Source of the DNA: an uncultured Gammaproteobacteria bacterium
Lineage (GTDB): Bacteria > Pseudomonadota > Gammaproteobacteria > UBA9214
Assembly (NCBI GenBank): GCA_963773065.1
Contig: CAVYZN010000009.1
Location: 64,001-128,000, forward strand
DNA length: 64,000 nucleotides
Reading direction: 5' to 3'
Part shown: positions 42,279 to 53,686 of the stretch, piece after piece
Numbering within the stretch: position 1 is the stretch's first letter
How the letters are laid out: each line of letters opens with the position of its first letter
Made by a program: the position numbers and the translations under genes
Notes under the pieces: model-generated
The model's input: only the letters and a program-made list of their open reading frames with translations
The model's database searches: none
What the model was told of the DNA's origin: nothing

Positions 42279-45157
42279 GTGTTGGAGAACAGATTTATGA
42301 TGATTCGTCACTTAATTCAGTCCGGTTTTTCAAAAGTACTGTTATGCGTCATCTTTGCGGTTCAGTTGGTTGCCTGTGGCGGTGGCGGTGGGGGGGGCGG
42401 CAGTACCGGTAGTGGTGCTGCCGACATCGCCAGTGCCGTGGAGGTCAGCGGCAGCGTCGGCGATGGCCCGGTAACCGGCGCCACGATTGTGGTCTATGCA
42501 GACAATGGTGACGAACTTGGCACCATGAGCAGCGACAACACCGCTTCCTTTCAAACCACCGTTAGGGCAAAAGGGCGTGATTACCCGCTGCTCATCAAGG
42601 CCAGCGGCGGCTTTGACCTGGTAACGGGCGATGAACCGGCCTTCGAGATGTTATCGGTGATGATGGGTCCGTTCGGAGCAAGCAGGAGAATATCAATCCA
42701 TTCACGACCCTGATTGTGAAGACGGCGCAATCCCTGCCGGGTGGACTGAATGCGGATAACGTCAGGGCTGCCAAAGACATTGTCATCGACAAGCTGGGAT
42801 TTGGGCTGGACCCGAATCTGGTTCCTGATCCGATTACCACCGCTATCAACGAGTCGAAGGCGGCCAATATCATCAAGGCGAGCGAGGCGCTGGCGGAGAT
42901 GGTGCGTCGCACCCGCGATACGGTTTCCGCCGTTGGGGCGCGGCTTTCGGGTGATGATGTGATGGCGGCGATTGCTGCGGATATGACGGACGGTTTCCTG
43001 GACGGGAAGGGCGCGCGCGGCGCCGATGCGCGTGTGGCCGCCGTGGCCACAGTGGTGTCGTCTCAGGTGCTGGTGGAAGCGCTGGGCAATGCCCTGGAGG
43101 TGGGCGGGGTGGTTGCGACCGGCATGCTGGATGAGGCTATCACCACTACCCAGCCCGGTATTGGCTCATCCCAGCTGACGGACAGTGTGCGCATCAGCGC
43201 GGGCATGCTTGGGCAGACGAAGATTGCGTTGGCGGCCGTGCAAGTGCTGGATTCCAGTTCCCAGGTTGCCGACATCGCGACGAGCGTCAGCGGCATTGCG
43301 CCCAACAGCCTGCCGGCGGACATTGCCGGTGTGTTACCGGCCGATGCCTCGACCTACCTGGACAATGCGGTGGTGCTGTCCCCAACAGCGACGACCGAGC
43401 AAATTGCCGGCATCGGGCAGGCGGTACATGGCACAGGCGGTGGTATCACTCCAGCGCCGGGGAATAACAGTGCACCGGTGATCAGCGGCTCACCGGGTAC
43501 CGCGGTGGTGGCGGGTACGGCCTATGCTTTCCAGCCCAGTGCCAGTGATGCCGACGGGGATACGCTGAGCTTCAGCATCAGCAACAAGCCCGCCTGGGCG
43601 AGCTTCAGCGCCACGACCGGCCGTCTGAGCGGCACGCCCGGGACGGGCAGTGTCGGGAGTTACGGCAACATCGTGATTGCGGTGTCTGACGGGACGGCGA
43701 GCGCGAGCCTGCCGGCGTTCAGCATCCGGGTCGATGCGGCTACTCCTGCCAACAGTGCACCGGTGATCAGCGGCACACCGGGTACCGCGGTGGTGGCGGG
43801 TACGGCCTATGCTTTCCAGCCCAGCGCCAGTGATGCCGACGGGAATACGCTGAGCTTCAGCATCAGCAACAAGCCCGCCTGGGCGAGCTTCAGCGCCACG
43901 ACTGGCCGTCTGAGCGGCACGCCCGGGACGGGCAGCGTCGGGAGTTACGGCAACATCGTGATTGCGGTGTCTGACGGGACGGCGAGCGCGAGCCTGCCGG
44001 CGTTCAGCATCCGGGTCGATGCGGCTACTCCTGCCAACAGTGCACCGGTGATCAGCGGCACACCGGGTACCGCGGTGGTGGCGGGTACGGCCTATGCTTT
44101 CCAGCCCAGCGCCAGTGATGCCGACGGGAATACGTTGAGCTTCAGCATCAGCAACAAGCCCGCCTGGGCGAGCTTCAGCGCCACGACCGGCCGTCTGAGC
44201 GGCACGCCCGGGACGGGCAGTGTCGGGAGTTACGGCAACATCGTGATTGCGGTGTCTGACGGGACGGCGAGCGCGAGCCTGCCGGCGTTCAGCATCCGGG
44301 TCGATGCGGCTACTCCTGCCAACAGTGCACCGGTGATCAGCGGCACACCGGGTACCGCGGTGGTGGCGGGTACGGCCTATGCTTTCCAGCCCAGCGCCAG
44401 TGATGCCGACGGGAATACGCTGAGCTTCAGTATCAGCAACAAGCCCGCCTGGGCGAGCTTCAGCGCCACGACCGGCCGTCTGAGCGGCACGCCCGGGACG
44501 GGCAGTGTCGGGAGTTACGGCAACATCGTGATTGCGGTGTCTGACGGGACGGCGAGCGCGAGCCTGCCGGCGTTCAGCATCCGGGTCGATGCGGCTACTC
44601 CTGCCAACAGTGCACCGGTGATCAGCGGCACACCGGGTACCGCGGTGGTGGCGGGTACGGCCTATGCTTTCCAGCCCAGCGCCAGTGATGCCGACGGGAA
44701 TACGCTGAGCTTCAGCATCAGCAACAAGCCCGCCTGGGCGAGCTTCAGCGCCACGACCGGCCGTCTGAGCGGCACGCCCGGGACGGGCAGTGTCGGGAGT
44801 TACGGCAACATCGTGATTGCGGTGTCTGACGGGACGGCGAGCGCGAGCCTGCCGGCGTTCAGCATCCGGGTCGATGCGGCTCCAGTTCAGACCAGCAGTT
44901 TAACGTTACAATGGACTGCGCCCGTGGCCCGCAGCGATGGAACACCGCTGACCCTGGCGGATATCGACGGCTTCCGCATCCATTACGGGAATTCAGCCGG
45001 TAGCTATACCAATCATGTCACCGTGGCTGATGGTACCGCACAGAAAGTGACCCTGACCGATATCCCCGTAGGTACTTATTACCTGGTCATGACCACCTAC
45101 GATGTGGATGGTCGAGAAAGCAGTTACTCGTCGGTGGTGACCAAGACCATTCAATAG
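42279..45157 (+). CDS. surface lipoprotein A: N-terminal domain + 5 He_PIG/cadherin-like Ig repeats + FN3-like C-terminal domain; frameshift near 42670-42715
   Basis: Lipobox QLVAC-GGGG; GSVGDGPV; 5x NSAPVISG...DADG..LSFSI.NKPAWASF..TTGRLSGTP; LTLQWTAP...GFRIHYG...TYYLVMTTYD..GRES. Confidence 0.85.
43466..44881 (+). repeat. 5 near-identical 285-bp in-frame tandem repeats
   Basis: AACAGTGCACCGGTGATCAGCGGC recurs at 43466, 43751, 44036, 44321, 44606. Confidence 0.97.
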
Positions 45158-45165
45158 TCCTTGCT

Positions 45166-45192
45166 TCCGGGCAGCCGCATAGGCTGCCCGGA
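45166..45192 (+). terminator. hairpin after surface protein A
   Basis: TCCGGGCAGCC-GCATA-GGCTGCCCGGA: 11-bp stem 9 bp after the stop. Confidence 0.6.
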
Positions 45193-45836
45193 CAATAATT
45201 TAAACATCATGTTCTGCCCTCCCTCGAAATAGGATAAGACGGAAGCTATTTTTCATATACATATTGGCATTCTCGTTCGGAACCATACCTGAATCCTGGC
45301 TTTCTCCCGAATTAATGTGCTTAGAAAACTGTCTCCAGCACCATCTGGACAGCTTCAACCGGGATCAAGGATAAACGAATCAAAGCGTTGTACATGGTTG
45401 AAGTAGCATGTTCTATCGGGATTTACCCCGGAACCTTTCATGCACGACTCGTCAAGCTTAGTAACCCATCAAGGTTTTGTTATTCGTGGGTGCATCGCTG
45501 TTTTTTGTAGAGCATCACACTGACTGGAAATTTCCGGGGTCACCACTCCTGAATACGCAATTGCAAAATAAAACCGGGGATAAGAAACGATTTACTCCAG
45601 CGGTGTTTGGTGGTGATGTTCATTAATGACCAGGCATACATATTAAGACAAATCAGTATCCAGCACTTGCCTGTAAATATACGTATCAATTGTTCAGCAA
45701 TGACATCATAACCTTTTCTGTTAGACTGTTACGCGCCCAAGGCCGAATAATTTATACCCGCAATAACGCTTCACGTTAGCTGATCAGTGCTCAGCACGCC
45801 AGCATCAGTCCAGTTTAGCTGTATGCACCCCATGCA

Positions 45837-47282
45837 ATGATGCAAATGAATTTCTACCGTCCCAGGTCTATATTGCGATTGATCCTGACCGGATTCTCGC
45901 TGGTGGCCTTGCCGCTGGTAGCCGGATTGGTTATTGCTACTGTCTCGGTCGACCGTTTGGTCGGGCAGAGCCAGAATGCCCTGCTGCAGAGTGTGCTGGT
46001 AACCCAGGGCAGTCAAGTGCTGGTCGAGGCAATTACCGCCATGGAGCGCAATGCCCGTCAGTATCAGGTTCTCGGCGACAAGGTGTTGTTTAATGTCTAT
46101 GAGGAAAAGCACGCGAAATTTATAGATACCGCCCGCTCGCTCGTTGAGCTGGAGCTGGTAGAGGCCCAGCGCAAGCTTCTTGAGGAACTGCGTGCCAAGG
46201 AAGATGAAGTGCATACCGTTCTTAGTAATAATCCTCATGATGCCCGTGCAACCAAAGCCGCTTTAGCCAGGTTCACCGAACTTGCGCAAACGGCGCAACA
46301 GATCCTGGCTGATAATCAAGGACTGATAAACCGTGGAGTTGAACAAATACAGGGCAAAGCAGAGGAGGTTCAGCGAACGCTGGTATTACAGGCAATCGCC
46401 CTGGTCCCGGCTGCACTACTTCTGGGTATATTCTTTACAGTTCTGATCACTCGGCCTATCAACCAGGTCGATCAAGCGATCCGCCGGCTGGGTGATGGGA
46501 AATTCAATGATCCTGCTATCGTTACCGGACCGCGTGACCTTGAACAACTGGGCGAACGCCTTAACTGGCTACGCCAACGACTGCTTGACTTGGAGCAGGA
46601 AAAGGCTAAGTTTCTCCAGCACATATCGCACGAATTGAAAACGCCACTGACAGCAATCAGGGAAGGAGCGGAATTGATGAATGAACAGGTGGTGGGCGAT
46701 CTGAACACCCAGCAACGCGAAATAGCGGGGATCCTGCGAGACAATAGTCTGCAACTGCAGAAATTGATCGAAGATTTACTGAATTTCAGCATTATGCGTA
46801 CCCGCCCATCGAGTCTTTTCCGCAAGCGGCTGGAGCTGGGGAAAATTATTGTAAACGTGCTCGATGACCACAAGGTCGCCCTACTTTCGCGCAAACTGGA
46901 TCTGCGGACATCCCTGCAGTCAGTCAGGCTGCGAGGTGACAAGGAGAAATTACGTATAATGGTAGATAATCTTGTTTCCAATGCCATCAAGTATTCCCCT
47001 GATGGCAGCCCCTTGTGGGTTTTGTTATTCAAGCGTGATACCCATGCGGTCATCGAAGTGGCTGACGCCGGCCCAGGTATTCCTGTTGCAGATCGTGAAC
47101 GTGTCTTTGAAGCTTTTTATCAAGGAGTACCGGCCGACAAGGGACATGTCAGGGGCACCGGGCTTGGATTGTCTATTGCCAAGGAATACGCTCAAGCGCA
47201 TGGGGGGGATATTACTGTGTTGAGTACCGGGAAGATGGGTGCACGACTTCAGGTTGTTTTGCCGTTGGAACAAAGTTCCTGA
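45837..47282 (+). CDS. glrK: sensor histidine kinase GlrK/QseE
   Basis: RPRSILRLILTGFSLVALPL, MERNARQYQVL, HAMP GPRDL, HISHELKTPL..IREG, HATPase boxes; glrK-qseG-glrR synteny. Confidence 0.88.
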   Translation: MMQMNFYRPRSILRLILTGFSLVALPLVAGLVIATVSVDRLVGQSQNALLQSVLVTQGSQVLVEAITAMERNARQYQVLGDKVLFNVYEEKHAKFIDTARSLVELELVEAQRKLLEELRAKEDEVHTVLSNNPHDARATKAALARFTELAQTAQQILADNQGLINRGVEQIQGKAEEVQRTLVLQAIALVPAALLLGIFFTVLITRPINQVDQAIRRLGDGKFNDPAIVTGPRDLEQLGERLNWLRQRLLDLEQEKAKFLQHISHELKTPLTAIREGAELMNEQVVGDLNTQQREIAGILRDNSLQLQKLIEDLLNFSIMRTRPSSLFRKRLELGKIIVNVLDDHKVALLSRKLDLRTSLQSVRLRGDKEKLRIMVDNLVSNAIKYSPDGSPLWVLLFKRDTHAVIEVADAGPGIPVADRERVFEAFYQGVPADKGHVRGTGLGLSIAKEYAQAHGGDITVLSTGKMGARLQVVLPLEQSS

Positions 47283-47284
47283 TT

Positions 47285-47821
47285 ATGAAGAGATTTATAA
47301 TTCTTCTTGTGATACTTGCAGCTATGTCGACTGCTTGCAGCGAATTGCAATCCTATCGATTTCCCAGGCCCGAGACCGTTATCACAGGCGTGCATGATGT
47401 TGACTATCTATTGATGGAATTGCATGGCACACGCGCCATGAATAAGAGTCAACTGCAACAGACGCTGGAAGCCTGGGAACAGGAATTTCAAGCTGACTCC
47501 AGCCCTGATAATCGGTTGAAATTAGCGCTGCTGTATGCAGCCGGCAAAGAGCCGGTCAGGGACCCTGGACGTGCCCAGGAATTGCTGAATGAGGACGCCA
47601 AAACGCCATCCAATCCCGCGGCACGAGAGTTAGCGGCGTTAGTGCGGGAGTTTCTTGAGGAACAGGTTGAGGTTAACAGGAAGGTCAATGATCTGAACAA
47701 GCAGATAGCCGAGCAGGGCAGGCGCATAGCCGAGCTGGAAGAGCAGCAGCGGGCGTTGATGAGCATTGAGCAGAAGATGCAGCAGCGTGAAGCCCCGGTA
47801 GTGATTGAAAATGACAAATGA
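47285..47821 (+). CDS. qseG: QseG/YfhG-like lipoprotein
   Basis: Lipobox STAC; RLKLALL; C-terminal coiled coil ...QRALMSIEQKM; lies between the kinase and the regulator. Confidence 0.75.
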   Translation: MKRFIILLVILAAMSTACSELQSYRFPRPETVITGVHDVDYLLMELHGTRAMNKSQLQQTLEAWEQEFQADSSPDNRLKLALLYAAGKEPVRDPGRAQELLNEDAKTPSNPAARELAALVREFLEEQVEVNRKVNDLNKQIAEQGRRIAELEEQQRALMSIEQKMQQREAPVVIENDK

Positions 47822-49228
47822 CAAGTATCGAGTGCTACTGGTGGATGATGATCCTGGCCTGTTGCGGCTGTTGTCGATGCGTCTTGCGGCGGCCGGTTAT
47901 GCGGTGACGGCGGTGGAGAGCGGGGAGCGGGCGCTGGCCCAGATACCGCTGCTGCAACCGCACCTTATCATTACTGACCTGCAGATGAACGGCATGGATG
48001 GGATGACGCTGTTCAACCAGGTACACAGCCGCAACCCGTCGCTGCCGGTGCTGATTCTGACCGCGCACGGGACCATACCGGATGCGGTTGCGGCGACGAG
48101 TCGCGGGGTATTCGGGTATCTGACCAAGCCCTTTGACAGCAAGGTGCTGCTGGGGCATGTGGCGCGGGCGCTGAAACTTAGCGGGGAGCTACCGGCGCGC
48201 CAGTCCGATGCCACGCTGGCGGAGTGGCGCAAGGAGCTGGTGACGCGCAGCCCGCTGATGGAGAATCTGCTGACGCAGGCGCGGCTGATTGCCGAGAGTG
48301 ACGCCAGTGTGCTGATACAGGGTCAGAGTGGTACCGGCAAGGAGCTGCTGGCGCGCGCGATCCACCGGGCGAGCGAGCGCGCGGCGGGTGCCTTTGTGGC
48401 GCTGAACTGCAGCGCCATACCGGAGTCGCTATTTGAATCGGAATTGTTTGGCCATGTGAAGGGGGCGTTCACCGGTGCGATGCGCGATCACCCGGGTCTG
48501 TTCCGTGCGGCGGCGGGGGGCACGCTGTTTCTGGACGAGATTGGGGACATGCCGCTGGGTTTTCAGGTGAAGCTGCTGCGGGCGCTGCAGGAGCGCAGCA
48601 TACGCCCGGTGGGATCGACCGAATCCGTGGCGATTGATGTGCGCATTATCTCGGCCACGCATCAGGATCTGGAGCTGGGGCTGCAGGAGAACCGCTTTCG
48701 GGAGGATCTGTACTACCGTTTGAATGTGGTGACGCTGGAGCTGCCCTCTCTGGTTGAGCGGCGCGAGGACATTCCGTTGCTGGCCAATCACTTTCTGCAG
48801 CATTTTCCGGATGCCGAGAAGAAGGGGGTGAAGGGGTTTTCGGCCGAGGCGATGGAGGCGATGCTGTCGGCGCCGTGGCCGGGGAATGTCCGGCAACTCT
48901 ACAATGTGGTGGAGCAGTCGGTGGCGCTGTCGACCACCTCGCTGATACCGGTGAGCCTGGTGCAGCGTGCCTTGCGGGGGGAATCGAGTGAAATACCGGC
49001 GTTTGCCGAGGCGCGCAGCGAATTCGAGCGGGATTACCTGACGCGGTTGCTGCAGATCACCCATGGCAACGTGACCCGGGCCGCCGGCATTGCCAAGCGT
49101 AACCGTACCGAATTCTACAAGCTGCTGCAGAAGCATCATCTGAATCCCGCGCAGTTCAAGTCGGCACCCTCCTGAGGGGGGCCGCGATAGCCAGCCGGTG
49201 TGCACTGAACTGCGGTAATACGCTGAGT
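47616..49228 (+). repeat. 1613-bp duplicated segment, copy 1
   Basis: Matches 51216..52828 at an offset of exactly 3600; 4 substitutions noticed by eye. Confidence 0.97.
47811..49175 (+). CDS. glrR: sigma54-dependent response regulator GlrR/QseF, copy 1
   Basis: [62 protein letters not shown]. Confidence 0.92.
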   Translation: MTNDKYRVLLVDDDPGLLRLLSMRLAAAGYAVTAVESGERALAQIPLLQPHLIITDLQMNGMDGMTLFNQVHSRNPSLPVLILTAHGTIPDAVAATSRGVFGYLTKPFDSKVLLGHVARALKLSGELPARQSDATLAEWRKELVTRSPLMENLLTQARLIAESDASVLIQGQSGTGKELLARAIHRASERAAGAFVALNCSAIPESLFESELFGHVKGAFTGAMRDHPGLFRAAAGGTLFLDEIGDMPLGFQVKLLRALQERSIRPVGSTESVAIDVRIISATHQDLELGLQENRFREDLYYRLNVVTLELPSLVERREDIPLLANHFLQHFPDAEKKGVKGFSAEAMEAMLSAPWPGNVRQLYNVVEQSVALSTTSLIPVSLVQRALRGESSEIPAFAEARSEFERDYLTRLLQITHGNVTRAAGIAKRNRTEFYKLLQKHHLNPAQFKSAPS

Positions 49229-49261
49229 GACATTGGGGTGATTGTGTCTCGCGGCGTAAAG

Positions 49262-49480
49262 TGTCGCTGATTGCTGACAGTATTTGTCGGTTCGGCACTA
49301 ACTGGCTGACTTGGGGCGGCTTTAAGTGTTTCCATATAGAGACAGAGGCGATGAGGAACCGACGCCTTGTACAATTCAGCCCATCGTCAAGTCCGTTTTC
49401 CGCGCGTCCTGGAATTTACAGATATAGAAAAAACAAATAGATAGATTGTCTCCAGGGCGATCTGTCGGGCAATGATAACA
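49262..49480. promoter_or_regulatory. GlrR-type enhancer boxes upstream of surface protein B
   Basis: TGTC-GCTGATTGCT-GACA (49262-79, perfect); TGTT-N10-GACA (49327-44); TGTC-GGGCAATGAT-AACA (49463-80). Confidence 0.7.
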
Positions 49481-49706
49481 GCGCCGAAACCCACGCCCAC
49501 GTGCTTTGGGCGTCCACTAGCTGACGGCGGGCAGATGGCTGCTTCAGCCTCCTGGTAAGAATGCCGGTCCCCTCGACAAATAACCTTTCTAATACACTCC
49601 TAACACACTGTAACAATAGGATAAATCTATTATCTGCGCAGTCCTGGCAGATCTCCAGATCGCCTCGATAGCCCTGCTACGCCAATTTTCATGTGACCAA
49701 AGCAAA

Positions 49707-49722
49707 TGGCACAGTAATTGCT
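49707..49722 (+). promoter_or_regulatory. sigma54 (-24/-12) promoter
   Basis: TGGCACAGTAATTGCT = TGGCAC-N5-TTGC consensus. Confidence 0.85.
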
Positions 49723-49951
49723 AATTTGCTAATACAACTTTTCAGCTTGAAAGCCTGCGAACGCCCCATCCGGGAAGTCCGTTTTCTTCCTTCTGAATGT
49801 GGTTGTTGAACTTTAACTGCAGGCCACGTGCCCAGAGCATCGAGATTGTTGCCACATGCAGTTACCTAGCCGGTGTGATTCACCAGCACTTGTAACGCGC
49901 CCTGACTGCACTTGGTTGCCAAACGAAATGGATCTACCGAGGAACTTATTT

Positions 49952-51200
49952 ATGAATGACACCTTAGTCAATTGCAGGATGACCGCTCAGAATTTGCAAA
50001 CTGGACTTGTCAAAGTGCTACTTATGGTCATTCTTGCGATAGCAAGCCTGCCGGCGTTTAGCGCCTCCAACCGCGCGCCGGTGATCAGTGGTACGCCGGC
50101 AGTCTCGGTGGCAGCAGGGAGTGTCTATACCTTCCAGCCCAAAGCGACTGACGCCGACGGGGATACGCTGAGCTTCAGCATCAGCAACAAGCCCGGCTGG
50201 GCGAGCTTCAACCCTGCGACCGGTCGTATGAGCGGCACGCCCGGGACTGGGAGTGTCGGGAGCTACGGTAACATCGTGATTGCGGTCAGCGACCGCAGGA
50301 CGACGGCGCGCCTGCCGGCATTCAGCATTCGGGTCTTGGCCGCCAACCGCGCCCCGGTGATCAGCGGCACGCCGGCCACTTCGGTGGTGGTCGGCAAAGG
50401 CTATAGCTTCCAGCCGAGCGCCAGTGACGCCGACGGGAATACGCTGAGTTTCAGCATCGTCAACAAGCCCGGCTGGGCGAGCTTCAACCCCGCGACCGGG
50501 CGCTTGAGCGGGACGCCCGGGACAGGCAGCGTCGGGAGTTATGGCTACATCATGATTGGGGTGAATGACGGGAAGGTGGCCGTGTTTCTACCGGTGTTCA
50601 GCATCCGTGTCAATGCCGCCACAACTTCCGCCAATCGCCCGCCGGTGATCAGCGGTACGCCGGGCACCGCGGTGGTGGCGGGGAGTGCTTACAGTTTCCA
50701 ACCCAGCGCGACGGACGCCGACGGGAACACACTGAGTTTTAGCATCAGCAACAAGCCCGCCTGGGCGAGCTTCAGCACCACGACCGGCCGTCTGAGCGGC
50801 ACGCCCGGGACGGGGAATGTCGGTACCTATGGCAACATCGTGATTGCGGTGTCTGACGGAAAGGCGAGCGCGAGCCTGCCGGCGTTCAGCATCCGGGTCA
50901 ATACCGCCATAACTTCGGCCACGACTCGGTTCGGACCGGCAGTTTACTTTGAGCTGGACGGCACCCGTTAAGCGCTCTAACGGCACACCGCTGTCGCTGG
51001 CGGATATCGACGGCTTCCGCATCCACTACGGGAAATCGGCCGGTAGCTATACCAATCATATCAACGTGGCTGATGGTACCGCACAGAAAGTGACCCTGAC
51101 CGATATCCCCGTGGGTACTTATTACCTGGTCATGACCACCTACGATGTGGCTGGCCGTGAAAGCGGTAATTCGTCGATGGTTAGCAAGAACGTTCAATAA
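49952..51200 (+). CDS. surface/secreted protein B: signal peptide + 3 Ig repeats + FN3-like C-terminal domain; frameshift near 50930
   Basis: VKVLLMVILAIASLPAFSA, 3x NR.PVISGTP...GR.SGTP, then SWTAP...DIDGFRIHYG...TYYLVMTTYD. Confidence 0.85.
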
Positions 51201-51215
51201 ACATTCCGGACTGCG

Positions 51216-51421
51216 CCGCGGCACGAGAGTTAGCGGCGTTAGTGCGGGAGTTTCTTGAGGAACAGGTTGAGGTTAACAGGGAGGTCAATGATCTGAACAA
51301 GCAGATAGCCGAGCAGGGCAGGCGCATAGCCGAGCTGGAAGAGCAGCAGCGGGCGTTGATGAGCATTGAGCAGAAGATGCAGCAGCGTGAAGCCCCGGTA
51401 GTGATTGAAAATGACAAATGA
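51216..51421 (+). pseudogene. qseG: 5'-truncated qseG remnant
   Basis: Only the last ~68 codons of the lipoprotein are present; no signal peptide. Confidence 0.85.
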
Positions 51422-52775
51422 CAAGTATCGAGTGCTACTGGTGGATGATGATCCTGGCCTGTTGCGGCTGTTGTCGATGCGTCTTGCGGCGGCCGGTTAT
51501 GCGGTGACGGCGGTGGAGAGCGGGGAGCGGGCGCTGGCCCAGATACCGCTGCTGCAACCGCACCTTATCATTACTGACCTGCAGATGAACGGCATGGATG
51601 GGATGACGCTGTTCAACCAGGTACACAGCCGCAACCCGTCGCTGCCGGTGCTGATTCTGACCGCGCACGGGACCATACCGGATGCGGTTGCGGCGACGAG
51701 TCGCGGGGTATTCGGGTATCTGACCAAGCCCTTTGACAGCAAGGTGCTGCTGGGGCATGTGGCGCGGGCGCTGAAACTTAGCGGGGAGCTACCGGCGCGC
51801 CAGTCCGATGCCACGCTGGCGGAGTGGCGCAAGGAGCTGGTGACGCGCAGCCCGCTGATGGAGAATCTGCTGACGCAGGCGCGGCTGATTGCCGAGAGTG
51901 ACGCCAGTGTGCTGATACAGGGTCAGAGTGGTACCGGCAAGGAGCTGCTGGCGCGCGCGATCCACCGGGCGAGCGAGCGCGCGGCGGGTGCCTTTGTGGC
52001 GCTGAACTGCAGCGCCATACCGGAGTCGCTATTTGAATCGGAATTGTTTGGCCATGTGAAGGGGGCGTTCACCGGTGCGATGCGCGATCACCCGGGTCTG
52101 TTCCGTGCGGCGGCGGGGGGCACGCTGTTTCTGGACGAGATTGGGGACATGCCGCTGGGTTTTCAGGTGAAGCTGCTGCGGGCGCTGCAGGAGCGCAGCA
52201 TACGCCCGGTGGGATCGACCGAATCCGTGGCGATTGATGTGCGCATTATCTCGGCCACGCATCAGGATCTGGAGCTGGGGCTGCAGGAGAACCGCTTTCG
52301 GGAGGATCTGTACTACCGTTTGAATGTGGTGACGCTGGAGCTGCCCTCTCTGGTGGAGCGGCGCGAGGACATTCCGTTGCTGGCCAATCACTTTCTGCAG
52401 CATTTTCCGGATGCCGAGAAGAAGGGGGTGAAGGGGTTTTCGGCCGAGGCGATGGAGGCGATGCTGTCGGCGCCGTGGCCGGGGAATGTCCGGCAACTCT
52501 ACAATGTGGTGGAGCAGTCGGTGGCGCTGTCGACCACCTCGCTGATACCGGTGAGCCTGGTGCAGCGTGCCTTGCGGGGGGAATCGAGTGAAATACCGGC
52601 GTTTGCCGAGGCGCGCAGCGAGTTCGAGCGGGATTACCTGACGCGGTTGCTGCAGATCACCCATGGCAACGTGACCCGGGCCGCCGGCATTGCCAAGCGT
52701 AACCGTACCGAATTCTACAAGCTGCTGCAGAAGCATCATCTGAATCCCGCGCAGTTCAAGTCGGCACCCTCCTGA
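51411..52775 (+). CDS. glrR: GlrR/QseF, copy 2; protein identical to copy 1
   Basis: The ORF track gives identical translations for both copies. Confidence 0.92.
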   Translation: MTNDKYRVLLVDDDPGLLRLLSMRLAAAGYAVTAVESGERALAQIPLLQPHLIITDLQMNGMDGMTLFNQVHSRNPSLPVLILTAHGTIPDAVAATSRGVFGYLTKPFDSKVLLGHVARALKLSGELPARQSDATLAEWRKELVTRSPLMENLLTQARLIAESDASVLIQGQSGTGKELLARAIHRASERAAGAFVALNCSAIPESLFESELFGHVKGAFTGAMRDHPGLFRAAAGGTLFLDEIGDMPLGFQVKLLRALQERSIRPVGSTESVAIDVRIISATHQDLELGLQENRFREDLYYRLNVVTLELPSLVERREDIPLLANHFLQHFPDAEKKGVKGFSAEAMEAMLSAPWPGNVRQLYNVVEQSVALSTTSLIPVSLVQRALRGESSEIPAFAEARSEFERDYLTRLLQITHGNVTRAAGIAKRNRTEFYKLLQKHHLNPAQFKSAPS

Positions 52776-53020
52776 GGGGGGCCGCGATGGCCAGCCGGTG
52801 TGCACTGAACTGCGGTAATACGCTGAGTAGCCTCCCGTTATCGCGAATAATGTCATTCTGAGCGGCATGTATTTGGTCACCGCAGGGATTGCTTAAAGAT
52901 TGATCAGATAGAGATTCCTCTCAAGGCTCGGCGTGCAGCCCGGGATAGGTCGTATTGATAATATTCTCAGTGGGTTCAACAATCCGTCGTTTGACTCTGC
53001 CTTGCGAATGAATTAAGAAA

Positions 53021-53238
53021 CGTCTCCGAATGGAGACGTATTTGCTTAATATATTACTAACTGGATGATGATAATGATTTGTAGTTGTATCAATATGACG
53101 ACAGCTGCTATGAACAAACGCCTTATCCCTCCGCATAGCTTCTCATCTACGCGCAGTACAGCCGTCCTCTCTGAAGATAAATACCATTGAATTTCTGCAA
53201 TAAATTTTCCTCTTTGTAAGTGTCGGGCAGTGGTGACA
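53021..53238. promoter_or_regulatory. GlrR-type enhancer boxes upstream of surface protein C
   Basis: CGTC-TCCGAATGGA-GACG (53021-38); TGTA-N10-GACA (53086-103); TGTC-GGGCAGTGGT-GACA (53221-38, perfect). Confidence 0.7.
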
Positions 53239-53448
53239 GGTTCCAGCGACACCCTGCCGTTCGTTCTGCAAATATTGCCGATTCTGATTGATTTAATAGT
53301 TTTACCAGCTACCTGCAGGGATGGTTCCTTGCTTGAAGCGTTTATAACAAACTGTTATTACGGGAAAAATAGCCATTTATACAGATCTGGCATGTTCTCG
53401 GGTAGCTTCGGCAAGCGCTTACACGCCTTCATCAACAGCTAAATCACA

Positions 53449-53464
53449 TGGCACAGTATGTGCT
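53449..53464 (+). promoter_or_regulatory. sigma54 (-24/-12) promoter
   Basis: TGGCACAGTATGTGCT: GG-N10-GC, nearly identical to the 49707 site. Confidence 0.8.
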
Positions 53465-53686
53465 GATTTATTTATACAGCGTTTCTGTTCGAATTCCGCA
53501 AGCCACACGTTATGAAGATTCGACTTCTTAATTTGCGATGTGGCTATTGAGCGTAACCGCAGGGCGGATTTCTTGGGCCTAGGTTTTTCAGACGCTGCCA
53601 GAGTGTTCTGTATCAGCAGGACTTCTAAAGCATCCTGCTTATATAGATCCCCAATTAAAGCCGTCTTACCAGAGGTGTAGATTCTC

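Larger units (their letters stand above)
51216..52828 (+). repeat. 1613-bp duplicated segment, copy 2 (qseG 3' remnant + complete glrR)
   Basis: Near-identical to 47616..49228. Confidence 0.97.

Noticed and set aside
43466-44881. Repeats as a CRISPR array or DGR template/variable pair
   Set aside because: In-frame 285-bp coding repeats without spacers; no cas or reverse transcriptase gene; differences are not adenine-specific
45330-45351. TGTC...GACA palindrome upstream of glrK, and a possible glmY there
   Set aside because: Spacer is 14 nt, not 10; no sigma54 motif or glmY-like sequence recognised
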